64,000 nt of DNA from Patescibacteria group bacterium (lineage in GTDB: Bacteria; Patescibacteriota; Patescibacteriia; Patescibacteriales; WJLG01). The stretch's first letter is position 1. Each line of letters begins with the position of its first letter. The stretch covers positions 11,935 to 75,934 of the forward strand of contig JAQUPS010000001.1 of assembly GCA_028716485.1 (NCBI GenBank), given 5' to 3'. This document shows positions 17,740 to 27,227 of this stretch, piece by piece. Both the position numbers and the translations under genes were made by a program. Under the pieces are notes generated by a model. It worked only from the letters and a program-made list of their open reading frames with translations, was not told the origin of the DNA and searched no databases.

Positions 17740-19350
17740 CTACAGTTTTAATATGCTCTCAAACTCCTCTTCCCGCTGGAATGGCCCGATAATAGCCAGA
17801 TTCAATTTTTCATTCTTGAAAATATCTTTGGCCACTCGGCGGATATCTTCGGCTTTAACTTTGTCGATCTTGGTGAAATATTCTTCCGGCGTAATAATCG
17901 CCTCTTTTAAGACCGCGCGCTGGGCATACCAATTGGCGACATTATCCGACTGCTCAAAACTGATTATCGTTCGGCCTTTGACCAAATCTTTGGCGCGTTT
18001 GAGCTCTTCTTTGGACACCGGTTTGGAACGCATTTTTCGATACTCGGCTAAAATTACTTTAACCGCCTGATCCTGTTTGCCGACCGGAATGCCCGCCTGC
18101 GTGGTCAAATAACCGGTGTCGGTATAACACTCAGCGGAAGTATGAACCGAATAGGCCAAGCCTCTTTTTTCCCGGACTTCGGTGAACATCCGCGAGCTCA
18201 TTGAACCGCCCAAGATCACCGCCAGCAATTTTAAAATTATCTTATCCTCATCGTATGCGTTATAAGCTCGGACGCCCAGAGAAATCACGGCCTGATTGCC
18301 TTCCTTATAATGAAGTTTTACGGCCGGAACTTTTTGCGCGTCCGGCGTGCCGATTTTTTCCTTGAAAGCCGAGCGGGGCATTTTTCCGAAGTATCTTTCC
18401 GCCAGCCGCTGAATTTTTTCGTCAACTTGGCCGGCCAAACACAAAACCGCCGAGTTCGCTCCGTATTGCGAGTTGAAATAATTCAAAAAATTCTGCCGCT
18501 TGAAGGATTTGATATTGGCTTTCGTGCCGGCAATTTCCCGGCCGGCCGGCGTATCGCCGTAAAGGCAGGACTCGAAAACATCCTCGATATACATCATCGG
18601 ATTTTCGTGGTACATATTTATCTCTTCGATGATCACGCCTCTTTCTTTGGAAATTTCCTTGGCGGAAAATTGCGAATGCAAAAGCATGTCGGATAAGATA
18701 TCCAAGGCGGCGCCGATTTTCGAGCTGTCGACTTTTATCCAATAACCGGTATATTCTTTGGCGGTAAAAGCATTGTATTCACAGCCCAAGGCATCCAGTT
18801 CGCTGGAAAGTTTTTGCGCTCCGAGGCGTTTTTTTGTGCCCTTGAAAAACATGTGCTCGAGAAAATGCGACAAGCCGCTCACCGAAAGGCTTTCGTATTT
18901 GGAACCGGTGCTGAACATAATCAGCGCTGTCACGGTCTTGGTGCCGGCAATCGGCGCGGTAATTAATTTTAAACCGTTAGCCAAAAGGCTGCGCTGATAG
19001 GAATCGGCTCCGTCGGGCGCAAAAACTTCCGGCCGGCCTGCTTCCCCGCCCCGGTCGATTTTAATTCTTTGCGCGGATTTTTCCGCGATTTTTTCTTCAA
19101 AGGATTTCGCCGCCGTTGCCTGCTTGGATTTTTTTCCACCCCTTGCCCGCCTTTGCCGCAAATTAACTATCTCGCTTTCTTCGGCAATATCCGATTGCTC
19201 CGGCCGTTCCCAAGTTCGTTCTTCTTCCGCTTCTTTTTTCCGCCGGCCGCTTTCATCCAGCCTAATCCGGACTTGCCGCTGCGCTTGCTCGCGATCCAAA
19301 TCAGCTTTTCTTTTTTTCAAATCCAATCTGTCGATTTTTATCTTAGCCAT
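17740..19350 (-). CDS. M16-family zinc peptidase (pitrilysin/insulinase-like) with a ~120-aa highly charged N-terminal extension
   Basis: Inverted zinc motif HFLEHMFFKGT; Lys/Arg/Glu-rich N-terminus. Confidence 0.85.
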   Translation of the reverse strand: MAKIKIDRLDLKKRKADLDREQAQRQVRIRLDESGRRKKEAEEERTWERPEQSDIAEESEIVNLRQRRARGGKKSKQATAAKSFEEKIAEKSAQRIKIDRGGEAGRPEVFAPDGADSYQRSLLANGLKLITAPIAGTKTVTALIMFSTGSKYESLSVSGLSHFLEHMFFKGTKKRLGAQKLSSELDALGCEYNAFTAKEYTGYWIKVDSSKIGAALDILSDMLLHSQFSAKEISKERGVIIEEINMYHENPMMYIEDVFESCLYGDTPAGREIAGTKANIKSFKRQNFLNYFNSQYGANSAVLCLAGQVDEKIQRLAERYFGKMPRSAFKEKIGTPDAQKVPAVKLHYKEGNQAVISLGVRAYNAYDEDKIILKLLAVILGGSMSSRMFTEVREKRGLAYSVHTSAECYTDTGYLTTQAGIPVGKQDQAVKVILAEYRKMRSKPVSKEELKRAKDLVKGRTIISFEQSDNVANWYAQRAVLKEAIITPEEYFTKIDKVKAEDIRRVAKDIFKNEKLNLAIIGPFQREEEFESILKL

Positions 19351-19357
19351 AATATTA

Positions 19358-20737
19358 TTAATTTTTATTTAAACTTTTATAGATCAGTCCGATTAAAATC
19401 CAAAAAAATAAAATGCCGAAAGGCAAGCTCCAGAGATAATGGTCAAACATCATCATTATAACCAAAGCAACCAGGATAGACAAGCTTAAAATATTATTTT
19501 TTTTCCATGATTGCAAGAATAAATATATTAGCAGGGCGGCGAAAAAAAACAAGCCGAAAATTCCGATTTCCGCCCAGACGAGCAAGAAAGCATTATGCAC
19601 GGGCTGTAAATAATACCAGGGCCGCTTCAAGTCGCTGCTTGACAGCGCTTTGGTGTAATTGCCGATGCCTGAGCCGAACAGCCAATTTTTTTCAATTATT
19701 TTTTGCGAATCAGTCAGATACATTTCCCTTTCTGAAAAAGATTTTTGCTCCAATCGGGCAGCGCCGACAGCGCGGGTGATAAATAAATTCTGGTAAGTGA
19801 AAAAAATCACTCCGGATAAAATTCCTGCTAAAATCATCACCAGCCCCAGCCGTTTCAGCGCCGGCCAATCCTTCTTAAAAATAATCATCGCCAAAAATAT
19901 GACAATGCCAACCGCCAAGGCCAAAAACGCGGAGCGGGAAAAAGTGAAAAGCAAGGCGGTAAATAAAAGAAAGAATAAAAGATAAAAAATAAAAAATTTT
20001 TTATTTTTTATTTTTTCTTTTTTAATTTCTTCTTTTTCCAAATAACCGCTAATGAAAATGTAAATAATGATTATTAAGCTCAATGCCAAAACTCCGCCAA
20101 GTATGTTCGGGTGATCAAGCGAACCGTAGGCGCGGAGCCAGCGCTCGGCAACGCCGTCTGAACCGGTAGTTTCAATCACTGACGCGCCCAAATCGCCCGG
20201 CAAATGCGCCGCCAATCCCAGCCATTTAAAAGCAAAAGTTCCTTGGTTTAAGAATTGCCAAATCGCCAAACCGCTCTGGATTAACAGGCCGGAAAAAAAA
20301 GCGATTGCCAATTTGATATTATCATATTCGGTCTTGACTATCAGCCAAAACAAGCCCAGCCCCAGCAAGAATAAAACATAGCGATAAGCCGCCAAAACCA
20401 AATCCGGCGCGAAAAATATGGAAATAAAAACAAACAAATCCAGCCCGGACAAAATAATTAATATTCCCCTCCTCGGGAGGGGTGGCCGCGCCGCGCGGAC
20501 GGGGTGGGTTATAATCGTAGTCTCGATCTGTCCCCCCTTCTTCTCTCGCCACGACAAAATAAAAAATAAAATCAACAACCCGATCAATAAAATATCCGTG
20601 CCGTATAAACTTATCGTCCCGTATTCCCAATCGCCGCGATTCAGCCAGCCCGGGCGTAAAATCAATTTCGTCTGCCAGGGCAAGAGGAAAACAAAAAGAT
20701 AAAGGCCATATTCTAATATTTTTTGAATTTTTTTCAT
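19358..20737 (-). CDS. O-antigen ligase/polymerase-family (Wzy_C-like) polytopic membrane protein
   Basis: About 10 TM helices with a periplasmic loop containing HNAFLLVWAEIG, a Wzy_C-like pattern. Confidence 0.6.
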   Translation of the reverse strand: MKKIQKILEYGLYLFVFLLPWQTKLILRPGWLNRGDWEYGTISLYGTDILLIGLLILFFILSWREKKGGQIETTIITHPVRAARPPLPRRGILIILSGLDLFVFISIFFAPDLVLAAYRYVLFLLGLGLFWLIVKTEYDNIKLAIAFFSGLLIQSGLAIWQFLNQGTFAFKWLGLAAHLPGDLGASVIETTGSDGVAERWLRAYGSLDHPNILGGVLALSLIIIIYIFISGYLEKEEIKKEKIKNKKFFIFYLLFFLLFTALLFTFSRSAFLALAVGIVIFLAMIIFKKDWPALKRLGLVMILAGILSGVIFFTYQNLFITRAVGAARLEQKSFSEREMYLTDSQKIIEKNWLFGSGIGNYTKALSSSDLKRPWYYLQPVHNAFLLVWAEIGIFGLFFFAALLIYLFLQSWKKNNILSLSILVALVIMMMFDHYLWSLPFGILFFWILIGLIYKSLNKN

Positions 20738-20782
20738 AAAAATCTCAATTTTACCTGCCGGCAGGCAGGCAGGAATTTTAAA
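20738..20782. repeat. Left copy of a ~44-bp element containing the GC palindrome CCTGCC(TGCC)GGCAGGCAGG
   Basis: aaaatctcaattttaCCTGCCGGCAGGCAGGCAGGaattttaaaac; inverted relative to the copy at 21958..22003. Confidence 0.8.
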
Positions 20783-20794
20783 ACAACTTAAAAT

Positions 20795-21826
20795 TTAGAT
20801 TTGCGATTTTAAAATTCTATTATTAAATTCTTCCCTGAAAAATTCCCTCCTGTCATTTTCATGAAATTTCAGGATATTATCAGCGATGATAACGCCGGGG
20901 CCGGAGCGGCGGCCTGACATTTTTTTCATTTGAATTTTCCTGGCCAGCGTTTCCAAACAGGCGCCAATGAAAGAATCAAACCACCAAGAATTTATTTTTT
21001 TCTCTAACGCCGCCAACCGATTGTCTTTTACAATTTTCGTCTGATTGGCGACGATAGGGAGAATATTGGGAAAATAATTATTAAGCCAAACATTAGCCTG
21101 CCAAAATAAATCATAACACTCTTGCCCGTAAATAGGCTTCAAAAATGCCAGCCAGTAGGCCAAATAAGGATCTGCAACGGCCGCTGGCTCGCCATCTTTT
21201 GCGGACTTTAAGGCAATTTTTTCCAAATTAAGATTATCTTCGGTAATATAAAAACTCAAGCAGATCCGATTGGCGATTTTTTTGCCATGCCGGCGCAAGC
21301 GAAAAAGATGCAAAGCCGCCGTTACTAAAGCGCGGCCAAGCCACATTCTCCCTTGTTCTAAAACAATAAAAAAATCAATGTCTGATTCGGGCCGATAATA
21401 AAAATTATTGCAGAGCGCAATCATCTTAACGCCCGGGATAAAATGCAATAGCCAAGCCGCGCGCTTAGCAATCTTAAATTTACTTTCCGCCAAAGAAACA
21501 AATTCCCGCCGTTTTTCTATCAACTCCTCTCGCCCTGACAAAAAATAGAAACCATTTTTTTCTTTGTCATCCCGAGCGTAGGCCGCCGCGGCCGAAGCCG
21601 AGGGATCCCTTTTTTCTCCGATAGCGCTTTCAGGCGGAACGAAAGGGATTCCTCCGCTCCGCGCGAGGCGCGCTTCGGTCGGAATGACAAAAGAAGAAAG
21701 AATATTTACTGTTTCCCCCAACTCCGCGCGCACCGGCAAAAACCGCCAGATTTCCATGGCGGTCAACGGATAATCGAAAATATCCAGAAAAATCAGGGAT
21801 TTTATAATATCTCGTTGCTTTATCAT
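20795..21826 (-). CDS. Hypothetical protein (possible nucleotidyltransferase-like core ESDIDFFIVLE) carrying an in-frame GC-rich palindromic insertion
   Basis: 343-aa ORF. The segment encoded by 21562-21693 is Ala/Pro/Arg-rich and corresponds to a TIR-bounded element. Confidence 0.55.
   Translation of the reverse strand: MIKQRDIIKSLIFLDIFDYPLTAMEIWRFLPVRAELGETVNILSSFVIPTEARLARSGGIPFVPPESAIGEKRDPSASAAAAYARDDKEKNGFYFLSGREELIEKRREFVSLAESKFKIAKRAAWLLHFIPGVKMIALCNNFYYRPESDIDFFIVLEQGRMWLGRALVTAALHLFRLRRHGKKIANRICLSFYITEDNLNLEKIALKSAKDGEPAAVADPYLAYWLAFLKPIYGQECYDLFWQANVWLNNYFPNILPIVANQTKIVKDNRLAALEKKINSWWFDSFIGACLETLARKIQMKKMSGRRSGPGVIIADNILKFHENDRREFFREEFNNRILKSQI
21562..21693. mobile_element. RPE-like palindromic element (~131 bp, 17-bp terminal inverted repeats CTTTGTCATCCCGAGCG / CGGTCGGAATGACAAAAG) inserted in-frame in a CDS
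   Basis: GC-rich, multiple internal palindromes (AGGGATCCCT, CCGCGCGAGGCGCGC). A solo TIR-like copy TTTGTCATCCTGAACGCCGCGCGA lies at 21838-21861. Confidence 0.55.
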
Positions 21827-21957
21827 TTTTTATTTGTCATCCTGAACGCCGCGCGAAAAATCTGTTTTATGCCAAGCAATTCAAAATTTTAAAATCACAA
21901 ATCTAAATTTTAAAATAAATCAAAAATTACAAATTTAAATTTTTATTTTGAAATTTA

Positions 21958-22003
21958 TTTTAAAATTCCTGCCTGCCGGCAGGCAGGTAAAATTGAGATT
22001 TGG
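21958..22003. repeat. Right (inverted) copy of the ~44-bp CCTGCCTGCCGGCAGGCAGG-containing element
   Basis: ttttaaaattCCTGCCTGCCGGCAGGCAGGtaaaattgagatttgg is the reverse complement of the left copy at 20738..20782. Confidence 0.8.
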
Positions 22004-22007
22004 AATT

Positions 22008-23183
22008 TTATTCTTCCCCTTTCGGCCTTTCCAATTCCAGCGCTTCGATTTTTGATTCCTCGCCCGTGATGCGGATGACGTCTTTATCGACTTTCTTGAA
22101 TTCTTTATAGGCCGAGTTGTAATGATTAACCGTAACGCATAAAGAATTTCCGAGCTTCTGAAAATACTCGTCATAGGAATTCAGATGCCGGCCGAGCTTT
22201 TCGACATTGGCCTGAATTTCCTTGGCAGTTTCCTCTATCTTCATCGCTTTCAAGCCTTGCAAAACCGTTTGCAAATAAGCCAGAAAAGAAGTGGGCGAAA
22301 CGATAATCACTTTCTTGTCGCGGAAAGCGTATTCGATCAAATCGCGCGTATTGATTTTTACCGCCCCGACTTTATTGATGAGCAAATCATAATAGATTGC
22401 CTCGGAAGGAATGAACATAAAGGCGAAATCCATCGTGCCCATTTCCGGCTTGATATATTTGGAAGTCTCGTCAATGCGATTTTTTAAATCCTGCCGGAAA
22501 ATCTTTTCCAAATTTTCCCGCTCAACCGCATCGGTGGCGTCCAGAATCCGCTGATAATTTTCCAAAGAAAATTTGGCATCGATCGGAATGATTTTGTCTT
22601 TCACGAAAACCGCCGCATCAACGATTAAATCCGCGTTGCCCGCCTTGTCCTTGCCCAGTTTGTATTGCATCTCGTAAGCGCCGGGCGGCAGGACATTTTT
22701 CAAAGTTTCTTCCAGAAAATATTCGCCCAAGACGCCGCGCTGTTTGGGATTTTTCAGAATATCCTGCAAGTTCTGCAATTGGCCGGAAAAATTGATCACC
22801 TGCTTGTTGGTCTCATCCAGTTTGGCCAATTTTTCCGAAACCTCGGTGATGACTTTCTGCGACTGCGCGTGCATTTCCATCATCATCTTGTTCGCCTGGC
22901 CGGTAACGCCTTGCATCAGCCCGGCGGTTTTGCCGAACTGGTCTTGCGTGGTTTTGTAAGCTTCAGAAAGTTTGGCATCCAGCGCCTTGCGCATTTCCTC
23001 GTTCTGCGTTGCCAAATTTCCCAAACGCTCCATCATTACGGCGATTTTCTCGTCGCCTGAACCGCTTTTTTTTCTCAGCAACAGATAAATTATAATTACC
23101 ACTCCTGCCAGCAGTAAAATCGGAAATAAATTATCCATATAAATCAAATAAAAAATTAATGTTTTATTACCTGATTTTATCAT
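22008..23183 (-). CDS. rmuC: DNA recombination protein RmuC
   Basis: N-terminal TM, coiled coil, RmuC core RGVLGEYFLEETL...IPIDAKFSLENY. The true start may be the internal Met near 23138. Confidence 0.8.
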   Translation of the reverse strand: MIKSGNKTLIFYLIYMDNLFPILLLAGVVIIIYLLLRKKSGSGDEKIAVMMERLGNLATQNEEMRKALDAKLSEAYKTTQDQFGKTAGLMQGVTGQANKMMMEMHAQSQKVITEVSEKLAKLDETNKQVINFSGQLQNLQDILKNPKQRGVLGEYFLEETLKNVLPPGAYEMQYKLGKDKAGNADLIVDAAVFVKDKIIPIDAKFSLENYQRILDATDAVERENLEKIFRQDLKNRIDETSKYIKPEMGTMDFAFMFIPSEAIYYDLLINKVGAVKINTRDLIEYAFRDKKVIIVSPTSFLAYLQTVLQGLKAMKIEETAKEIQANVEKLGRHLNSYDEYFQKLGNSLCVTVNHYNSAYKEFKKVDKDVIRITGEESKIEALELERPKGEE

Positions 23184-23257
23184 TTTCCAGCCGTAAAATC
23201 AAGCCAAATAAAAACTGCTTAAACTTGATGCTTAAGCAGCTATTTCAACATTTATTA

Positions 23258-23297
23258 GCAGATTAGGATTTATTCGGATAATCAGGATGTTTATTCG
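23258..23297. promoter_or_regulatory. Conserved ~40-nt motif AGATTAGGATTTATyCGGATAATyAGGATkTTATTC (copy 1); candidate regulator-binding site
   Basis: About 35/40 identical to 63011..63049 (upstream of 23S). Contains the palindrome TTATCCGGATAA in the second copy. Confidence 0.4.
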
Positions 23298-23806
23298 TTA
23301 AAAAATTTTATGTAAAACTCCCGCAAGAGTTTGGCGTCGTCCAAGGCATGATGCTCGCGGTATTTCTTCCAGTCGATGCCGAGCTTGTCGAACAGGCCGG
23401 TCTTGTCGCCGTCGCCGAAATCCTGCGGATTGAGGCCGAGCGTGAAGAACATCGAAGAGATATCCAGGGTAATCCATTGGAAAATATTATCTTTCGCCTG
23501 CCCGATGATTTTTTTCAGATAAACCGCGTCGTAATTATCAATATAAGAGAGCAGATAAGGCTTCTCCGAACCGGCAAAGGCTTTCATTTTCTCGAAAGCA
23601 ACGGCCGGACTGACTTTTTCGCCGGTCAATAGCGGCAGGACATTGGCTTTCACCCAATCGATCGGCTCGTTGGCGTATTCCAATTCCAGATACAATTCTT
23701 CGCCGTTCATCTTCACCATCCCGATCGACAAAAGCTCCCCCTCTTTCGGATCAAGGGAAGAAAATTCCGAATCGAAAAAAATTATATTGTCGGAAAATGG
23801 TTTCAT
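23291..23806 (-). CDS. DEDDh-family 3'-5' exonuclease (DnaQ/RNase T-like)
   Basis: FFDSEFS (Exo I), YDAVYL, HHALDDA (Exo III with His). Confidence 0.75.
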   Translation of the reverse strand: MKPFSDNIIFFDSEFSSLDPKEGELLSIGMVKMNGEELYLELEYANEPIDWVKANVLPLLTGEKVSPAVAFEKMKAFAGSEKPYLLSYIDNYDAVYLKKIIGQAKDNIFQWITLDISSMFFTLGLNPQDFGDGDKTGLFDKLGIDWKKYREHHALDDAKLLREFYIKFFNE

Positions 23807-23812
23807 AGTTTC

Positions 23813-23883
23813 AATGCTAAATGATGAATGCTAAATTATTTTTTAATTTCATCTCAGCATTCATCATTTAGCATTTAGCATTT
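23813..23883. repeat. Palindromic element built from AATGCTA-type heptamers (copy 1), abutting the secA stop
   Basis: aatgctaaatgatgaatgctaaatt...tcagcattcatcatttagcatttagcatt; near-identical element at 27696..27767. Confidence 0.8.
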
Positions 23884-26658
23884 TTACTTGCCACAACAAT
23901 TTTTATACTTAACCGGCGTGCCGTCCGGTTTTTTAGCTCCGCAGGGACAAGGATCATTGCGGCCTACTTTCTCGCCTTCGGCATTGAGAGTTTTTTGTTT
24001 GACATTGTCAAAAGCCGCGCGTCCTTCGGCCGAGGCTTCGGCGGTTTTGGCCGGCGCGGAAAAAGTACGGGCGCGCTGGAGCAGATTGGGCGCGGAAAAT
24101 CCCATCGCCGTCAGGCCTTGCGCCGAGCCGAATTTATAAATTCCGTAGACCACTTCTTTCTGAATTAAATTATTCAATTCGGAAAACATCCGGAAAGCTT
24201 CTTTTTTATATTCCACCAGCGGATCGCGCTGGCCATAGCCTCTTAAGCCTATGCCGCGACGCATAAAATCCATCGAATCCAGATGATCAACCCAAAGCGA
24301 ATCGATCGAGCGCAACAGGATATTTTTCTCAATGTCGCGCCAATCCAAACCGGCGGCGACATAATCTTCGGTCATTTTCCCATAGCGCTCACCGGCCAAT
24401 CCTATTAAATGTTCGATAATTTTAGTGCGCACCAGCGCCTTTTCTAATTTTTTAGTTTCGTCGGCAATGCCCGACAAATCGGCCATCAGCTCGCTTTTAA
24501 CCGGAAAAATTGTGTTCACCGTTTCATAGATTTCCTTAATATTCCAGGACTTAATATCATCGGCCGCGGTATGGAAAAAAACGACTTGCTCCAACTCTCC
24601 TTCCACCATTTCCAAAATAAGTTCCGAGAGTTTTTCCGGCTCAGTTTCCGCCTTGGCTAAAATTTCGTCGCGGCGGCGATAAATCGTTTCGCGATGCTTA
24701 TTGATGACATCGTCATATTCGACCAGATGTTTGCGCAGATCAAAATTATTGGCTTCCACTTTTTTCTGCGCCGTTTCAATCGAGCCGGTGATCATCCGGT
24801 TCTCGATCGGCATATCCTCGGGCAAGCGCAAGGTCGTCATCAGTTTTTTCATCCGGTCGCCGCCGAAAATGCGCATCAGATCGTCCTCGCAGGAAAGATA
24901 AAAACGCGACATGCCTGGGTCGCCCTGGCGTCCGGCGCGGCCGCGGAGCTGATTGTCGATGCGACGCGCTTCGTGGCGCTCGGTGCCGATGACATACAAA
25001 CCGCCCAAAGCTTTCACTTTTTCGCTTTCTTCCTTCCAAGCGGCAACTTCCTCCGGCGTCATATCCTTATCCATCTGTCCGCCTAAAATAATATCGACGC
25101 CGCGGCCGGCCATATTGGTCGCCACGGTAATCGCGCCGAGTTTGCCGGCTTGGGAAATAATGCGCGCTTCCCGCTCGTGATTCTTGGCATTCAAAAATTC
25201 CGGATTCAATCCTTCGCGAACCATCAGCTCGGAAAGCAATTCGTTTTTCTGGATGGAAATCGTACCGACCAGAACCGGCTGGCCCTTCTCGTGTTTATCT
25301 TTAATATCTTTGATCACCGCCTGAAATTTCGCCAGTTCGGTCTTGTAAACCAGGTCATTCAAATCGTTCCTCACCATCGGCTTATTGGTCGGCATCACAG
25401 CCACTTCCAATTTATAAATCTTGGCGAATTCTTCCGCTTCGGTCACGGCCGTTCCGGTCATACCGGCGAGTTTTTTATACATCCTAAAATAATTCTGAAA
25501 AGTGATAGTCGCCAAAGTCTGGGATTCGCGCTGGATCGGCTGGCCTTCTTTGGCCTCGATCGCCTGATGCAAACCTTCACTGTAGCGGCGGCCCGGCATC
25601 AAGCGGCCGGTAAATTCATCAACGATCAAAACTTCGCCATTCTTGACGACATAATCCTTGCCTTCTTTGAAAAGCACTTCGGCCTTCAGTGCCTGCTCGA
25701 TGTGATGGACTTCGCCGATCCCCTTTTCCACATAAATATTGCCAATGCCCAGATAGCCTTCCATTTTCTCAATGCCGCTTTCGCTTAAAGTGACGGTGCG
25801 CATTTTTTCATCGACATTATAATCTTCATTTTCTTTTAAGCGACGCACGAGGTCGGCGAATTTATAATATTTATCGGTTGATTCCTCGGCCGGCGCGGAA
25901 ATGATCAGCGGCGTGCGGGCTTCATCGATCAAGATGGAATCGATTTCATCAACGATGGCGAAATTCAAACCGCGCTGGACTTTATCTTTTTGCGACGGAA
26001 CCATATTGTCGCGCAGATAATCAAAACCAAATTCGTTATTGGTGCCGTAAACAATGTCACAGGCATAAGCTTCCTGGCGTTCGGCTTTGCGGAAATGCGC
26101 CAGACGCTCATCGTATTTTTCTTCCTCGTTGATAAAATCAGCGTCATAAATGAATGAGGCTTGATTGACGATGACGCCCACCGAGAGGCCGAGAAAATTA
26201 AAAATCGGAGCCATCCAGCCGGCGCCGACGCGGGACAAATAATCATTGACGGTAACCAGCTGGACGCCTTTGCCGGTTAAAGCATTAAGATATAAAGGCA
26301 AGGTGGCAACCAAAGTTTTTCCTTCACCGGTTTTCATTTCCGCAATCTGGCCGCGATGCAAGACGATGCCGCCCATCAGCTGGACGTCGAAATGCCGCTG
26401 ATTGATTTTACGTTTGGCGGCTTCGCGCATCACCGCGAAAGCGTCGGGAAGAATTTCATCCAATTTTATTTTTATCTCATCGTTTATTTCCGGAACTTCG
26501 CCAAGACATTCTTTCAATATTAAAGTCTGCCCGGCGAGTTCTTCGTCGGACATTTTAGAATATTTTTCTTCGAGCTGATTTATTTTTTCCACTTCCGGCA
26601 ATAATCCCTCAACGACTTTTTCATTTGGATCGCCGAAAATCTTGGTCAAAAAAGACAT
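23884..26658 (-). CDS. secA: Preprotein translocase ATPase SecA (with C-terminal zinc-binding tail)
   Basis: 924 aa. DEAD-like motor motifs (MKTGEGKTLVATLP, VDEIDSILIDEARTPLIIS), C-terminal CPCGAKKPDGTPVKYKNCCGK. Confidence 0.95.
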   Translation of the reverse strand: MSFLTKIFGDPNEKVVEGLLPEVEKINQLEEKYSKMSDEELAGQTLILKECLGEVPEINDEIKIKLDEILPDAFAVMREAAKRKINQRHFDVQLMGGIVLHRGQIAEMKTGEGKTLVATLPLYLNALTGKGVQLVTVNDYLSRVGAGWMAPIFNFLGLSVGVIVNQASFIYDADFINEEEKYDERLAHFRKAERQEAYACDIVYGTNNEFGFDYLRDNMVPSQKDKVQRGLNFAIVDEIDSILIDEARTPLIISAPAEESTDKYYKFADLVRRLKENEDYNVDEKMRTVTLSESGIEKMEGYLGIGNIYVEKGIGEVHHIEQALKAEVLFKEGKDYVVKNGEVLIVDEFTGRLMPGRRYSEGLHQAIEAKEGQPIQRESQTLATITFQNYFRMYKKLAGMTGTAVTEAEEFAKIYKLEVAVMPTNKPMVRNDLNDLVYKTELAKFQAVIKDIKDKHEKGQPVLVGTISIQKNELLSELMVREGLNPEFLNAKNHEREARIISQAGKLGAITVATNMAGRGVDIILGGQMDKDMTPEEVAAWKEESEKVKALGGLYVIGTERHEARRIDNQLRGRAGRQGDPGMSRFYLSCEDDLMRIFGGDRMKKLMTTLRLPEDMPIENRMITGSIETAQKKVEANNFDLRKHLVEYDDVINKHRETIYRRRDEILAKAETEPEKLSELILEMVEGELEQVVFFHTAADDIKSWNIKEIYETVNTIFPVKSELMADLSGIADETKKLEKALVRTKIIEHLIGLAGERYGKMTEDYVAAGLDWRDIEKNILLRSIDSLWVDHLDSMDFMRRGIGLRGYGQRDPLVEYKKEAFRMFSELNNLIQKEVVYGIYKFGSAQGLTAMGFSAPNLLQRARTFSAPAKTAEASAEGRAAFDNVKQKTLNAEGEKVGRNDPCPCGAKKPDGTPVKYKNCCGK

Positions 26659-26795
26659 ACAGAAAATTTTTAAATTTTAAATTTTTAAATAATTTTTAAG
26701 CTCTAATTTTTAATTTTTAAAAAAACCGCCTAAAATGTTGCTTAAAAATTAAAAATTCTGATTTCTTTAAAAATTATAAAAATTAAAAATTTATA

Positions 26796-27107
26796 TTAGA
26801 CCTCTCTCCCTTTCTCCTTAAACTTGATTATTTCCCTTTCCATATGATCTTTCACCTTGTCGATCGCCTTATACAAATCCTTTTCGGTTTTTTCGACGCG
26901 CAGTAATTTGCCGTTCAAATCCAGATTTATTTCCGCCCGATAAATTTCCCCCGAATGCTGGCCGCCGACCGCCAAGCCGACTTCAAAATGGCAATTGATC
27001 ACCGGCATGCCGCCGGTGAATTTTTCCAGCATATCGACTTTTTTCTGGATGTAATCGCGGATCGCGTCGGTTAATTCAATTTTGGTGGCTTTAATTTGAA
27101 TTTGCAT
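26796..27107 (-). CDS. hpf: Ribosome hibernation promoting factor (HPF/RaiA family, short form)
   Basis: MQIQIKATKIELTDAIRDYIQKKVDMLEKF...HFEVGL. Confidence 0.85.
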   Translation of the reverse strand: MQIQIKATKIELTDAIRDYIQKKVDMLEKFTGGMPVINCHFEVGLAVGGQHSGEIYRAEINLDLNGKLLRVEKTEKDLYKAIDKVKDHMEREIIKFKEKGREV

Positions 27108-27227
27108 AGGTTTTTATCTTATTTTTTTATTTAATTATATCCAAAATCTTACGCTAAAAATGGCTCAAAGTCAAGATTGTGGCAATAAAAAAGCGGCCTG
27201 TTTCCAAGCAGCCTAAATTATTAAAAA

